From assembly GCA_977016875.1 (NCBI GenBank), contig CDRNST010000257.1, positions 310,001 to 374,000 on the forward strand: a stretch of DNA of 64,000 bases. Direction: 5' to 3'. The position numbers were made by a program, and so were the translations under genes. This DNA comes from Pavona decussata (Eukaryota). Under the pieces are notes generated by a model. It did no database searches and was not told where the DNA came from. It saw only the letters and a program-made list of their open reading frames with translations. Below, piece by piece: positions 49,957 through 63,678 of the stretch. The stretch's first letter is position 1; every line of letters starts with the position of its first letter.

Positions 49957-50912
49957 TAAACTTAGCACAATGTTTATACAATCAATATGTGTTTCATGAA
50001 ATGTTTTCGATGTTTCCTTGAGAACCTTGTTGGGGTTAGTAACAGCTGAGATAAATCAATTAATGATGCATCAATTATCGATCCATGTGAAGATTTGGAG
50101 AGACATCTATTGATCCTTTTCAATAATTTGTTATTATTTACAGCATTACTAAAAAACTGTCAGAGATCTCACTAATCAGTACATTTTATCTTGATGACAG
50201 TTTTGAGACACTAAATAATAGTCTGGTTCTAGTACTTATTAAAAAACTGATTACAATTGATTTAGTTTACTATGTCTTGATTTTCAACTGGAGCCCCCCC
50301 CCCCCTCCCCCCCTCTCTGTTACATGTAAATACTAAAAATAAATAATTCATTATCACTTAAAATGAAGTGAAATGAACAATGTACATATCTGTGAATAAA
50401 CTTTTCACAAATTTTTAAACTTGGCAACAAATGGAAAAACAAAATGCCTCAGGGAAAGAGACAGAATGAGCAGCCTAGCTGCAAATTAAACAACCAACAA
50501 CTGCAACAAAATTGATGTACAGCTATTCCTTTCAGCCATTCATTATTTGGTAAAGGCTGCGAACACAAGGTTTACGTATAGCCAGCTGTTTATTCTATTT
50601 TACAGATTCCATTTTGCTGTGCGTCTGTTTTGTTATAGAGCACATAACGTCAAAATGTGGTTAGAACAAAAAGTGGCAAACAAGCTGGAGACAAGTTGGT
50701 CACTGTTGTTACCATATTCTGACGTCTTCAGTAATCCATAACTGAACAGAACCCCGGCAAAATGAAATTTTCTTTTTATACACTAAAATGAAGAAAAACT
50801 TTCTCAACAAAGCCAGCCATGCATCTGTACTCTGACAGATCATGGGAAATGGGCAATTGTACAAATGATGTTAGCCAATATCATTTTGATAAATAATAAT
50901 ACAAGGCAGATA

Positions 50913-51308
50913 CTACAATTGATCATTATACTTATATTTCCCATCTTTTGGAAGCCATTTCCTAGTCTTGGTAACCAAAACCGATGCAAAATAAGTCCAA
51001 GTTGGAGTGTCTGTCATGATGAACTGGCATTTAATGTTTCTAAATTTAACATATTTTATCTCGTTGTTCCTTATGGCTGCAGTAAATTTAGGAAGTTTCT
51101 TTTTGGGGATATGACCTACTCTGTCCCACTGAGACCCAACTTTGGCTTGAATTATAAGAGCATTGCAGTCTCTTAAATTGTCTTGCTCAGGGAGTACTAT
51201 AAGTTCAACTGGGTCTTTAGCACACGAAAATTCCCTGCATTTTTTTAAGGTGCTCTGGCAATCTTGATGAAACGAGCTTCCACGTAGAGGAACATATTCA
51301 GTAAACAT
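50913..51308 (-). CDS. HIRAN-like domain ORF (5' end lost)
   Basis: LRGSSFH ... PEQDNLRDCNALII ... WDRVGHIPK matches the HIRAN pattern E..N..D.NA...VG(Y/H)IP. The frame is uninterrupted. Confidence 0.6.
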   Translation of the reverse strand: MFTEYVPLRGSSFHQDCQSTLKKCREFSCAKDPVELIVLPEQDNLRDCNALIIQAKVGSQWDRVGHIPKKKLPKFTAAIRNNEIKYVKFRNIKCQFIMTDTPTWTYFASVLVTKTRKWLPKDGKYKYNDQL

Positions 51309-51354
51309 AGGAACAGATTCCTCATGTTCCTCCTCTTCCTCGCTTGCTTCCTCG

Positions 51355-54300
51355 ACAAACCCAAGTACCGGGTTTATTTGGAGGAGAAAGGGGTGAATGC
51401 AGATGGTTACACCAGTCAGCAGCTGAAAGTGCGCTTGCAGAAATCAATGAAGGTATCATCGTGTCTCATCAGCCACTTGGCAAAAGCAAACCTGAGATCA
51501 TTTATTCAAGTCGAATATCAGTTCAAGATGTCTTAAATGTTCTAGCAGCTAATTCAGAGAGGAAAGCAAATAAAAGTAGCAGCCATGCTATAAGTACGCA
51601 GCAGATTGTCGATATGGCACGTTAGAGTAAGTTTAAAGTCAAAAAATGTGATGGCGTCACCATAAGACCCCTTGAAGTGAATGACGTGAGTCTAGAGTCT
51701 GCGAAACGAGTTATTCCTAACAGTCTTTACTGGTTAGTATGACTAATCATAACTGCAGACGAGCCTAATCATCAAGAACTTGACCGTTGAAGCTCATGTA
51801 ATAGACAAGAAGACGAGAGACGTGTCTTAAGCATCGTTCAAGACATCGTACACTGTGCGACAAATGCCCGGGTGAAGCTACCAAAACAGATGAGCCTAGC
51901 AATGGCTGTACGTCATCTGACAGGATCCAAGGTGCTGATCACCCTATTAAATCGAATGGGTCATTGTTCCTCCTACGATAAACTACAGGCAGTTGACACC
52001 AGTCTCCCCATCGAGGTTCTGGCAAAGACAGAGGAATATGGGACAATCATACCATCAAATATATTCCCCGGGCTGTTTGTGCAGATAGCTGCAGACAACA
52101 ACGACTTGAACGAAGAGACTCTGGATGAAAAAAATACGATCCATGGGACAACTATGGTTGTGTACCAGTGGCGACAATCAACTGCAGTGGCGGACCACGC
52201 AACGAGAAGACGATCCTTGCAGACATCTGGTAGTGTGTATGAGATACAGCAGTGTTCAGCACATGGCAGACGTCCTGTTGAGTATGTCAACGCTGTTGAC
52301 AAAGAGTGGTATAACGGCCAGTGTGCAACATATTCAACAGCAAGTAACAAGGTTACCTGGGATCTTCTGCGTCTGAATCCATGAAGTCTAGTGTAGACGA
52401 CAACTAAAGTACCAGCAGTAAATCAGCCTGTTCCAAGATAGAGGGCTTTCAACTCTATTTTGTTCCCAGAAATTCCCTGTGCTAGTAACATTGCTTATTG
52501 TCCTATGATTGACGGTTCCTCTACAGAATTCAGCACATTTTACACAGTCATGAAGCATGCCCAAAAGATGAGCTCAAGCTTAGGCCAAGACGATTGTGTT
52601 ATTACACTTGATCTTGCCATCTACACTAAAGCAAAGCAAATCCAACTGAAGTTCCCAGACACTGTGATAAGACTTGGTGGCTTTCACATCGCATTACATT
52701 CCCTGTCGCTGCTTGGAAAGAAGTATCAGAATTCAGGCCTCGAGGATCTTCTGATAGAGTCTGGCGTGTATGCGGCTGCCACAACATCCGCCCTAATGAA
52801 AGGCAAGTCGTACAACAGAGGCGTCCATGCGCACAAGCTGACTATGGAAGCACTGTTTCATTTGCTGTGGAATGCCTTTGTATAATGGTATAGCCTTAAT
52901 TATGGAGATGATCAGCCAATCAGCGAAGACGTCCTGATGAAGAAGATCGCAGCTTGCAGAAGTGCTGTAGCAGCTAAGGCAACCCTAACAGAAAGAGTTA
53001 GTGAATTGGAGCATAAAATGGAGTTAACATCCTTGTTCAACGTGTTCAAGACAGAAGCTAGATCAAACTCCAAGCTCTTTGCCTTCTGGGAAGAATATAA
53101 TTCCATGGTAATCGTGCCTCTACAGCTCATCAAAGCTGAGAGAACAGGAAACTGGTTCTTGCACCTTTCATCTGTAGCAGCCATGACGCAATATTTCTTT
53201 GCCATAAGTCGACACAACTATACTTGTTGGCTCCCAGTGTACATAGCTGATATGAAGCAGCTAGGAAGCAAGCATCCTAGCGTTCATCAGGAATTTGCAG
53301 CCGGGAACCATCCTGTGAGCTGTTCCAGCCAGCCGTTTACTCAAGAATGGACAGATATGGCATTGGAGCAGTCCATCAACGCAGACTCCAAGTCCAAGGG
53401 AGGAATCATTGGAATATCTCAAAGTCCAAGTACCTTAGAGAGGTGGTTTCTAACATGTCATGCAAGAACAGCTGTGACAATGGCACTCAAGGTTATGTAC
53501 ACGATACATGACAACGATCGATTGGGTACGCACAAAGAAGCAGCGCCAAAAAGAGTCCAGTGTGAAGGTGATGTGCAGAAGCTGGTCAACTGTTTCACAT
53601 CTGGTTCGATGACGGATCCATTTTCCCAGACAGATACGGATTCCCTCCTGAACCTTGCGACGGGTGTTGTCTTGCCTACAGATGTAGCAGACAATCTGGT
53701 CAACAGTGCTAAGAACCGCTGTAGCAGATGGATACTTTTATCGCGAAACGGCTCAACACCAATGAAGTCAGCTTCTGGGATCCCGTTACAAACCTCAGGA
53801 TAAAAACGTTTGACACTATGACAAAGAAATTTCAAGTCAAGGCATCAGTTGAGAAACTTGTAACAGTTGGAGCTAACAGGGACTTGTTTTGACGGCTTCT
53901 GATCGCTGCCAACGTCAGACAAATCAACCCGAAGGACGTTCTTAGCTATGAGCTCTGGCCAGTGTCATTCGCTCTCGCACACGAAGACGGGAGCTTATGC
54001 AAGACCAACAAAAGTGCCCTGGCCACGATCCTGGAGACCAATCCTGGCATTCTTCCCCAACACAAGCAACTGTTCACATTATAGATGGAATGGCTATGGT
54101 ACAGGTTACCAGGTCTGGTGGAGCGACCACGTTTGGCGACATGGCATCAAAATACGTCCTGATTCCAGGATTGTAATCGAATCAACGGACACTGATGTTC
54201 TTGTCCTGAGCGTAGCACACTTTATGACATCAACTGTGAAGAAACGTGGTTTAGAACTGGCGTCAAAGATTGACTTCACTACATTCCAGTGCATGATGCA

Positions 54301-56017
54301 CCCTGAAAACTCAGGGAGACACTATGTAGAGCACTTCCAGCCTTTCATGCGGTGACTGGATGCGATACAACCAGTGCCCTTGCAGGGATTGACAAGAAGA
54401 AAGCATGGAGTATGCTATGTCAGAGTCAACAGCATCAAGAAAGTCTCGGCCTCTTGGGAGTCTGAAGAATGGACGAAGACACCATGACCAAATGTGAAGC
54501 CTTCATCTGTGATCTATACACATGCCCGAACTTAAGACGAGTTGAGGTACGTCTTGTTCTGCCAGAAAAAGCAGAAAAGTGAAATGCTGCCCCCTACTTC
54601 AGATAGTCTGCTTCAACATTTGAAAAGTGCTAACTATCAAACTATCGTTTGGAGAAGCTCCCTCGAGGCCGTACAGCATCTTCCCCCACCAGAGGACAAC
54701 TGATGGGACAAAGAAGGCGCCATTTTAAAGCCAGTTATGATGACCAAGGAGCCAGCACCAAGAAGCTTGCTGGAATGAACAACATGTCAGTGCAAGAAGT
54801 CTCGTTGCCAGAGTAATTGTTCATGTTTCAGCACTGGACTATCTTGCACTAAGTCATGTTTCTGCATGGCTGACACTGAATGGTGTAAAAGCCCACACGG
54901 AGTATCTCTGGTGGACTACTCTGGAGATTCTGATTGTGATTCTGACTGAACATTAACAACATATTGTTATCGATTCTCTTACTCACAGAAGTACGGTACG
55001 AGTCAAAAAAGGCAAAGAAGAATGTAAACAGGACTATCTTTTAAAGTGCTTTCTCAGTAGAGAATTAAATAAAGTACCAAACATTGCCTGAACGGTCTTG
55101 TCCTTGTCGTTTTCTTAGTGAATGCATGGCAGTTGGCCTCTATCTAGATCAGAATACAATTGAGGCTGGCTATCTAGGTTGAGTTTCGAAATATGAATCA
55201 CAGTTTCGTAGAAGAATATAAACAACTCGGCCCTGTGTAATATTTTTTTCATTATTTTTTTTAATGAAGCGAATAGCAGAATCTTACTTTCGAATGCACG
55301 TCATCAACTTACGGCCACATGTTTTTCGCTAGAGAGTCCTCTTCCTAAAGTTGTGCGTTCAGAAACGTACAGGTTAATAACTGATTGCATTTAAAAGAAA
55401 CTAGTTAAAAAGATAAGATCACATCTGAAATCGGTGAAGAAACTTAAACTAACAAAGGAAATGATGTATATTCTAGTAAAAGCGGTCATCTCCAAGTCAC
55501 GTGACAGGTCACGTGATATCCTTAGGCTTGTTTAAACAATGCAGTATTCAACATGTAGTTGATAGGTAACCTATTTGGAGTTTCCGTCGGATTTCACAGA
55601 CAATAGAACAGATATAAGCAGATGTTTGTTAACCTCGTTTTCATGCTAAATCATATATTACGCAACTGATGCCACAATTCAACTCTATAAACTACCTGGC
55701 ATTGTTCAGGAGGACTTGTTCTACCAAAATCAGGTTTCAAACCTTTTCTGTGGTAAGGGTTGAGCGTAACGCCTATTTTCAGGTGTCTGCTACCTGACTA
55801 ATTGGTTAAAATCTGTTTTTTCCCGATTTCAGCATGAAATGGTCCTTAAAGTCCTAATCTTTTGTATTTTTCACAACTATGACGTCAAAGCTATTGTTTC
55901 TACGAAAATCAAAAGATTCGTATTAGGGGAAGTCTTTGGAACAATTCTATGAGAGTCAGTCTCGATGGAGTGGCCATATTGGATTTACCAGGTTAAGATA
56001 CGTTTGTGCGATTCCTA
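51355..56017 (+). mobile_element. Academ (AcademX-type) DNA transposon, 5'-truncated and degenerate
   Basis: Transposase motifs PKQMSLAMAVRHLTGSK, AADNND..EET, ITLDLAIY, RLGGFH, DMALEQSIN; XPG/PIN motifs IDGMA, DTDV, FHAVTGCDTTS; Cys8 finger ending ~54949. A candidate right end ...GATTCCTA lies at 56017. Confidence 0.85.
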
Positions 56018-56653
56018 TGCAATTTCTGGTTTTTGAAGGTCTTGAAAAATAAATATTATGCCTTTAAAAGAAATTAGCCCAGTTCAATATTTCATTTGTA
56101 GGATGGTCTGGCTTTTTCTTGCTAAAGAAGCCCTTTAGTGCTTTGTGTAGCTGTGTCAAACAAGATGAATGGCATCACATTGAGCAACGCGACCTTCAAG
56201 TAGCTCCTTTTCACAAGGAGAAATATTGTATTCCTGATACATGGCAGAAGAAAGAGCAAGATCTGTAAAGCCTGCCTTGGTCGCATCAGTGTTGAAGAGA
56301 AATCTTGAAAAATAAAGAGTTGAGGTAGGTTAACATTTCCAAACATTTTGCTTTATTGACCAAGATCACTTCAGATTATTCACACCATTGAGAGGAGTCA
56401 AATCGCTGGTATGGAAAACTACTCAGGTTACAAAACAAGCAACTCTTAAATTTATCGTTTAGAATGAATTTTGTTTTTATTTTACTTTAGGGAAAGGGAA
56501 ATGCGGGTGCAGGTGATTGTGGTTTGCTGGATAATTCCGCGATCAACATTTAAGCAGATAACCATCCAGTAAGTGAAACAAGTTTTTTATAATTTCCACG
56601 TGGCTTGTCTCGATTGATGATTTTTTTATTTCACATGATATATGAAAACTAAT

Positions 56654-58619
56654 TAATATAGGATCTGAGTTCTCTATCAAATTGGTTAAAATAGATCACG
56701 TGATTGTCATTTACGTCACGACACCAGATTCAGAAAGTGCAGTGTTGGAGATAACTCATGAAAATCATGCGATATTGCAAATGGCTTCGAGGTTTGCACA
56801 GGTTGGAGAAGAGGAAATCCCTCAAATCATCAGTGACTCGATTCCAACGAACACCAAGACAAAAACAGCCTGGAATGTTTCCATTTTTTTAAAGGTAAAA
56901 GTGAAACAAAACTGAAATTTTGTAGGTGCTTTTCTGTAAAACTTATTTGTCGTTTGCGAAAAACAGGTGATTTCATCATTCAAGCTTACTGAAGCGTAAG
57001 CTTTTAAAAAAGAACCTTAAAAAGCTGAATGAATTTGTGGTAAAATTACTGTTTATCTTTTCGCTACTGTCTAGAATGGCTGCAACTGAGATACCCGTCT
57101 GAAGAATTGGAGAACTTGAGTGCAGAAATATTGGCCGAGCGACTGAGTAAGTTTTACTAAGAACTAAAACAAGAAGAAGGAAAGGACTACAGAAGTTCAG
57201 CTCATGTAGCAATAAGAGCGGGAATCAACCGTTACTTGACTTCAGAAACAGTTGGAAAGACATTTTCTATTAGAACTGATCCAATTTTTAAAACGGCAAA
57301 AAAGTCCCTGAAAGCGAAACCATAAATAATCAAGGAAAGTGGTGCGTCTAAAGTCAAACATCATGCTAGCATTCAGCCCAAGGACATACAATAATGCTAC
57401 GAAAGCAGTGTTTTCGCTGGCGATTCGCCTATTTCGTTACTAAGGGTGAATTGGTTTAATATAAGCCTGTATTTCTGCGGAAGAGGTCGAGAAAACCAAC
57501 GAAGATTGACAAAAAATAGTTTTGTTTTCAAGAAAGACGCAAGTGAAGTGTAATATGTTGAAATGGCCAAGCAAGAAGACACTAAAAATCATCCTGGCAG
57601 GTTCAGTTACAAGGCAGACGAAGTGGATCCTAAAATATTTTCTACTGGTGAAGCCAACTGTCTAGTTCAGTTCCTTAAAAAGTTAATTCAGGTTCTTAAT
57701 CCAGGTGAAGAGGCACTGTTTCAGAGGCCGAAAAGAAAATTTTGTGCTAGCGATGAAATCTGGTTTGACAGAGCGCCGCTCGGTGTGAACAGTTTAGGAA
57801 ACATGATGAAAGAAATATCAATAGCAGCAAACCTAAGCCAAGTTTATACAAACCATTGTATAAGAGCGACTTCAGTGACATTGTTAGATAGAGCAGGAGT
57901 TCCTGTCCATCGTATAATGCGAGTGTCTGGCCATAGAAACGAGGAAAGCGTACAAGTGTACTGTCAACGACAAACGCTACAACAACAAAAACAATGTTCT
58001 GAAATTTTGGTGGCACCAGTTGCTTCGACGGCATTGGCGACAAAACTAACAGAGGAGATAGAGCACAGCAATAGAAATGAAATAACGAACCAAAACATGT
58101 TGGCAACTACTACAAGCTCGCTCAAATTAGTCGACTTTGGGAATGCAAAACTTGAAAACTGTAATTTTGTGTTCATGTATAACGTCACAAAGAAAAGTGA
58201 TTGACAATTGCTTTGAACAGTCAACAGGCTTCTCGCCGACTGTAGTTTCGAATTTTTATAGCTATTGAACACAACTAAGCTTGTGTACAGGGTATTGGTG
58301 AATTGTAATTTGCTTATTATTGAAATACACCTATATTTATTTACGGATTTTTAATTTATTAAAATTGCCTTGTCACAATAATTATCGTTTTGTTTTCCCT
58401 TTAACGTGTATCGCGTGCAGTGAACTCAGATCGTATATTAAAAGGGTTAGAGACTGTCAGTTCGTGTTTTGTTTACAAATACACACACTTGCTGACTGTA
58501 CAATGAACTCGAAATTTTCAATTCTGCACTCGGCCTTCAGTATTGAAAATTTCTTGTTCATTGTACGATCCGCGCGTGCATGTATTTGTAAACAAAACAC
58601 TCACAACAGTCTCTAACCC
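56654..58619 (+). mobile_element. Crypton (tyrosine-recombinase DNA transposon), apparently full length
   Basis: A 19-bp inverted repeat (56654-56672 / 58422-58440) brackets the gene, followed by a 176-bp imperfect hairpin at 58444-58619. Confidence 0.85.
56781..58204 (+). pseudogene. Crypton tyrosine recombinase (DUF3504/ZMYM-QRICH1-like), two exons
   Basis: Exon 56781-56894 (MASRFA..IPTNTK.KTAW) plus exon 57075-58204 with RGRE, TKNH, NHCIRAT, SGH and VY catalytic motifs. Four in-frame stops. Confidence 0.9.
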
Positions 58620-58991
58620 ATAAGTACTGTATAATGTTATGGATTTTTATGGCTACAATTGTTTTTTTCCCTTAAAACATCTTTCAATGTTATCACAGCT
58701 CTGTGAGGAATCAAAGCCCTAGTGTTTTCTTTATAATGACAAACATCTTGGATTAGGACCCAGACTACAGATAGATTTTCTGTTTATTGTGTCGCATCAA
58801 CATTGTTTTCAATTTGCTTCAGGTAGCTGTTTGTGGTCACAGTGATAGTTTGCTGGCTGACCCCATGATCAACATACATGCATCGCTAGAAGATGCACAA
58901 CTAGTAAGACACAGATTGTTGAATGAGCATATGTATTTGAATAAAGTATTATTAATTGATATCTGGGTCCAATGTAAAATACCCAGTCACT

Positions 58992-59745
58992 AATAATTTT
59001 TTAATAATATTTATTTGAATGGCGCAAATTCAACTATACAGTTTTCAAATGCGCCTCACATATATGAGCTGCATATAATACTAATGAATAATAACAATAG
59101 GAAAGTCAAATCCAAATTTACATATAAAATCAAACTAACTAACTGAACTTATGTGTATAAAATATATCAGAGCTTTATTCGTATGCTTGAACAAAAAGTG
59201 CGAATTTAAGTGTCTGTTCAAAAGTACTAAAGTTCAACGTGCTTCTGACGTCATAAGGAAGAACATTCTACAATTTCGGTGCCACTCCTATAAATGCTCT
59301 ATTGCCAAGTGTAGGTGAGGTCTTAATCATGGGTGGCGATAGGAGAAACTTGTCATTAGATCTAAGATTATATTTAGAATTGGGTCTTAAAGTTACTAAA
59401 TCCGATATATACTTAGGAGCTGTCCCATAGATTGCTTTAAAGGTGACTATTAGAATCTTATAGTCAATTCTGGACCTCACTGGAAGCCAATGTAATTCAT
59501 GTAGTAATGGTGTTATATGGCAATACCGAGGTACACGGTATAGTAATCTTGCGCCGCATTTTGATTAGATATTAGATATTAAATTGCTAGGTAGTCCGTA
59601 TAAAAGTCCATTACAATAGTCCCGTCTGCTAGTTACAAATGCGTGGATTAATTTCTCAGTTGAGTCCCTGTCTAAGTATTTTCTGATATGCCTGATGTTA
59701 TGTAGGTGGTAGAATGCGCCTTTGCAGGTCTTTGCGATATAAGCG
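58992..59745 (-). mobile_element. L2-group LINE 3' fragment
   Basis: LIHAFVTSRRDYCNGLLYGLP, HITPLLHELHWLPV.SRIDYKIL, APKYI, GNRAF, then a 3' UTR ending in an AT-rich tail. Confidence 0.9.
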
Positions 59746-60519
59746 CTCAAAAGAAAAGGACCCATTCTAATTCAATGAGATTTTAAAAAATGTAAGTGGC
59801 ATTACAGCAGATGAACTAACTCATATCAGTATGACTTCAGACTAGGAAATGAGTGAGACCAGTGTGAGATATTTTTTAGAACTGGATTTATGTAATCATA
59901 CAAAAACATTTCTAAAGAAGCCAATTTGAAACGTTTTTGTAAACTTTGAAATGTATTGGTTTTTTTTTAGGTTAGCACTATGGCAGATGTTGACAGTGTG
60001 GTTATCCCTGACCGTGTTTGATCTTCAAAATGAACACAGGCGCCCAGTCCTCCTTTGAGACCTTACCACGAAGCCCAAGAAAGGACCAAAAGGGATATGC
60101 ATTCTGAGATAATTACAACTTTGAAAACAGTGGCCCTCAAAAACGTACATTTTGAACCTGGACCAGCACTAGTGGAACTAATGGAAGACATCATACAAAG
60201 CAGAGTGTGGAGTCAAACATTTCCAGGTTGTTCACTGCCACAAACATCAGTTTCGGAGAATAGATGTTTTTTGCTGCATATGATCCCAGAAAAAAAAAAC
60301 ATTATAGAGGACGAGGGACTTTCCATTTAATACTATATTTTTTGCCAGAGCCAAACTGAAGCTGCACACGATGTGAAATTGTTGTTGCGATACTCGCAAT
60401 CGGCGCGTCAGTGGCAACTAAGTTTTGTTTTACAGAAAATGTTGTGCACCAAGGCTAAAACCAGGCGGTTTTTGTGTTGCTGCAGCGGTGTTCTGAGGAC
60501 CCCAACTGCTCAAGTGTGT

Positions 60520-60799
60520 AGAGTTGGTAGGCTTGAGCCGTATGAATTCATATATATGTCAACGGCATTTCGATCAAATTCGTGGGGAAGACGACAAAAC
60601 ATGCTCGTGTCCGTCCACTTGGGGGCATTCACGTAAGTTGCACGGCCATCCTGTTCCCTTTCGGTTTTACCGAATTCTAGACCAAGTTGGCCAAAGCAGC
60701 ACGTCGTATAAACCTGGGACACGTTGGTGTAACAAGTGTAGAACAGAAGCCCCCAAAAGGTTTAAAAACTGGCCTCAACTCGAGGAAGAATTAACTGAG
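60520..60799 (+). pseudogene. Cys/His-rich exon of an unknown, probably transposon-borne gene
   Basis: ICQRHF...CSCPSTWGH...WCNKCR ends at a GAG|GTATG donor. Short exon-like blocks follow at ~61346 and ~61717. Confidence 0.35.
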
Positions 60800-62306
60800 G
60801 TATGTTCTATTATAAAATGTCCATTTTAATACTGTACTTACAAGGATAATTCGCGTGAATAAATTTTTCACTTTTCACATTTATTATTGTTTTTTCTGAA
60901 CAACAACTATTATTTAACCTTTCCAACGAGTGTTTGTTTCTCGTCATAATTACGAATTGTTGAAGTTCTTTCTAATGCCTCCAAAGTGTGAAAATTGTTT
61001 TGAAACCATTTGCATGTAACAAAACCAGGAACAAAAAAAATGTAATTACCTGTGGGAGCTGTGCCAATTAATCTACTGTGAACATAACGTTACCTCCTGA
61101 TAAACCAGACTATGTCAACAGTAGACAGGTTTCCAAAAATAAAAACTGTTGTCCATTCACAGGAGATGTGTGATGCAGAAACGGCTGGGACAAACAGTGT
61201 GTACCAACAGGTACGATTGTACTGAATGCATTATCATAACTGCCATGCATTGGGTTACACATGCACAGACACCAATTTTTTAATGGGCTGTTTATTTTGT
61301 AGGTAACTCCATTTTCGCCCCCCATTGTAACTCTTTTGTAACAGGTGTGTCAAGAGACAGCAGAAATGGAGTGTGAAGCTGGGGAAGTTCAATTGATTGC
61401 TAAGGTACAGTTTTTACAGTAAACAGTAACTATTTTGCTTGCATGTAACTTAATTCACATTCTTTTGTGCAGTCAATATCCAATCAGAAGCTGAGGACAG
61501 CTTGCAGGTTGGCTTTTGATTGGATTAAAATCCCATGAACGAACGTGAATTAGTTTAAAGCAGTCACATTTTTAAGCTCCTTGCAGTGAAAGATATAGAT
61601 TAGTCTTGGCTAATCCACGACCAATCGATTGGACCCAAATCACATTACATTAACTGCTATCAATTTCATTGGGATCTTGGTCGATTATCATAATATCTCC
61701 CTGAAAATTATTTCAGACTGATCAGGGAAGCAACCAAGAGGAAAATACTGGTGCCGGATCCATTCTTGAGCAAAAACCAAAATCAATGGTAAGTTGAAGA
61801 TTTTGTAATTACAACATATCTTACACCAAAGTGTTAATAAAAATACTACATGTAGTTTTAAGAACAAAAACGTTTGTTACAATAATAATAATAATTTTAT
61901 TATGAAACAAAAGCACATGCAGTTTTTCCCTTTTTGTGTCACAGCTTGAGAATCCTAATTATTGGAAGATTGTCCAAGGACAGTTTGGCGAAATGCTGGT
62001 AGGCCAAGAGGGGGATATTTTGCTGGAGGCATCAACTTGGAAACAAATTCAGGAGAAGTTAAATGGTAAACAATAACAACCTCATTCTGGTTCCTGTTTT
62101 TCAGAAGATAATTAACTGTGGAAATGATTTAAATTACAAAATTCATAATCTTCCCATGTTCATAGAGTTGATATGTAATGCAAGTTTAATATTCATAAAT
62201 ATTAGCATTTTGTTGAAACACACCAGTGATGAAATAGCACTTATGTATGAAGAGTACAGATTTACTGTATAACCATTTTGAATCATCCCAAGTTTTGTTT
62301 ACATCT

Positions 62307-62742
62307 TTATTACACCCATTTTTGAAATCACTGGTGATCCTTGCAATCTGATTTCAAATATCAACAGTGCGATTCATTCCCAAATTGCACCAATTTTTTG
62401 CTCTAAATCGCATCCTTTCTTTAGCCCATTCAAATTGGAAATGAAGTAACAAAGCCCATTCAGTTCAACTACCATTATTTATTACACCTATTTTGAAATC
62501 ACTGGTGATCCTTGCAATCTGATTGGCTCTCAACAGTGCAATTTATTCCCAAATTGCACCATTTTTTGCTCTAAATCGCATCCTTTCTTTAGCCCATCAA
62601 AATGGAAATGAAGTAACACAAATAGAATATTAATATTGACAATGATACTATGTGATTTCAAAATAGGTGTAGTAAAGTGGTAATTGAACTGAGTGGAGTG
62701 CAATTTGGTCTGAAATCATACGCGAAATTTCAAAATCACGAG
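62307..62742 (+). mobile_element. Tandem partial copies of a non-autonomous Crypton-like element
   Basis: A ~140-bp unit repeats at 62307 and 62479. The IR TTATTACACCTATTTTGAAATCAC / GTGATTTCAAAATAGGTGTAGTAA (62652-62675) is followed by half of a terminal hairpin. Confidence 0.6.
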
Positions 62743-63678
62743 GAGTAACCAAAAGCATGTAAACAATAAACAGTTCAGTAATAAGTACATATATTACCAC
62801 TAGGTGTTATAGTGTCTTGCAATAAAATGTCTACAAGTCAAGTAAGAATCTTGCAGAAGATACCATCAGTTGCATCTAAGCGTGTACACGGGAGGGAAAG
62901 GCATGTTCTACTTGGGTGCAAACATGACATGTTTTGGCGCCGAGCATTTGAAGTTTGGAGTAGGCACCTGTCGTTGACTTCATTAGTTTTTGCTCAACAA
63001 AATATTCTTTGCAAGCATTTTTACATGTTAAGAATACTTTCTAGAGACAAGTGTGCTGTTTCTGGGCGAGAAATATTCCTGCAAGTGGAGAAAAATTTAA
63101 AAAGCTTATGAGTAGAACACACCCTGGCCCGACAGTTAACTTAACAGCTGTCAAACTTCAAAACACGTCATGTCTGGCACCCTATAAGAACTTGTTTTTT
63201 TTTTTTCTTGTGTCCACGCTTAGATGCAACCCACAGTACATGTAAATTGCAATGTTGTGAAAAGGGGGGAGTTGATGCGGTAAGAATTGATGCAATATTA
63301 GTAATGGGGATCATAATATTATCCTAATGTTGGTTCAAAGCATGTGATGTGTATGATTCATTGAGCACATTCAATGTAAAAACAAAGCAAAGCTTATCTA
63401 AAAAATTAAATGAGGGGTAGAAAAACAACAGTTGGTTATTTATGTACGTAGACGCAATGCACATGTAAGATAGTTGAAATAAAAATGGAGAAAGATACAA
63501 GTGCACAGTAAATACAGTAAATCATAAATAAAGCGGGAGAAGCTGCTTCAGCTTGTTTAGTTGCAAAGCTGCAAAAGGTGTATTCTTCCATGCTAAGGCC
63601 TCCTTACAATTGCTTCTGTGTTTCATCTTTTTGTGGTCATACAATATGACCTGACCATATTTTTATTTTACTTTTTAG

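Noticed and set aside
50604-50770. Imperfect palindromic repeat
   Set aside because: Probably a decayed hairpin or MITE; boundaries and TSD are not definable.
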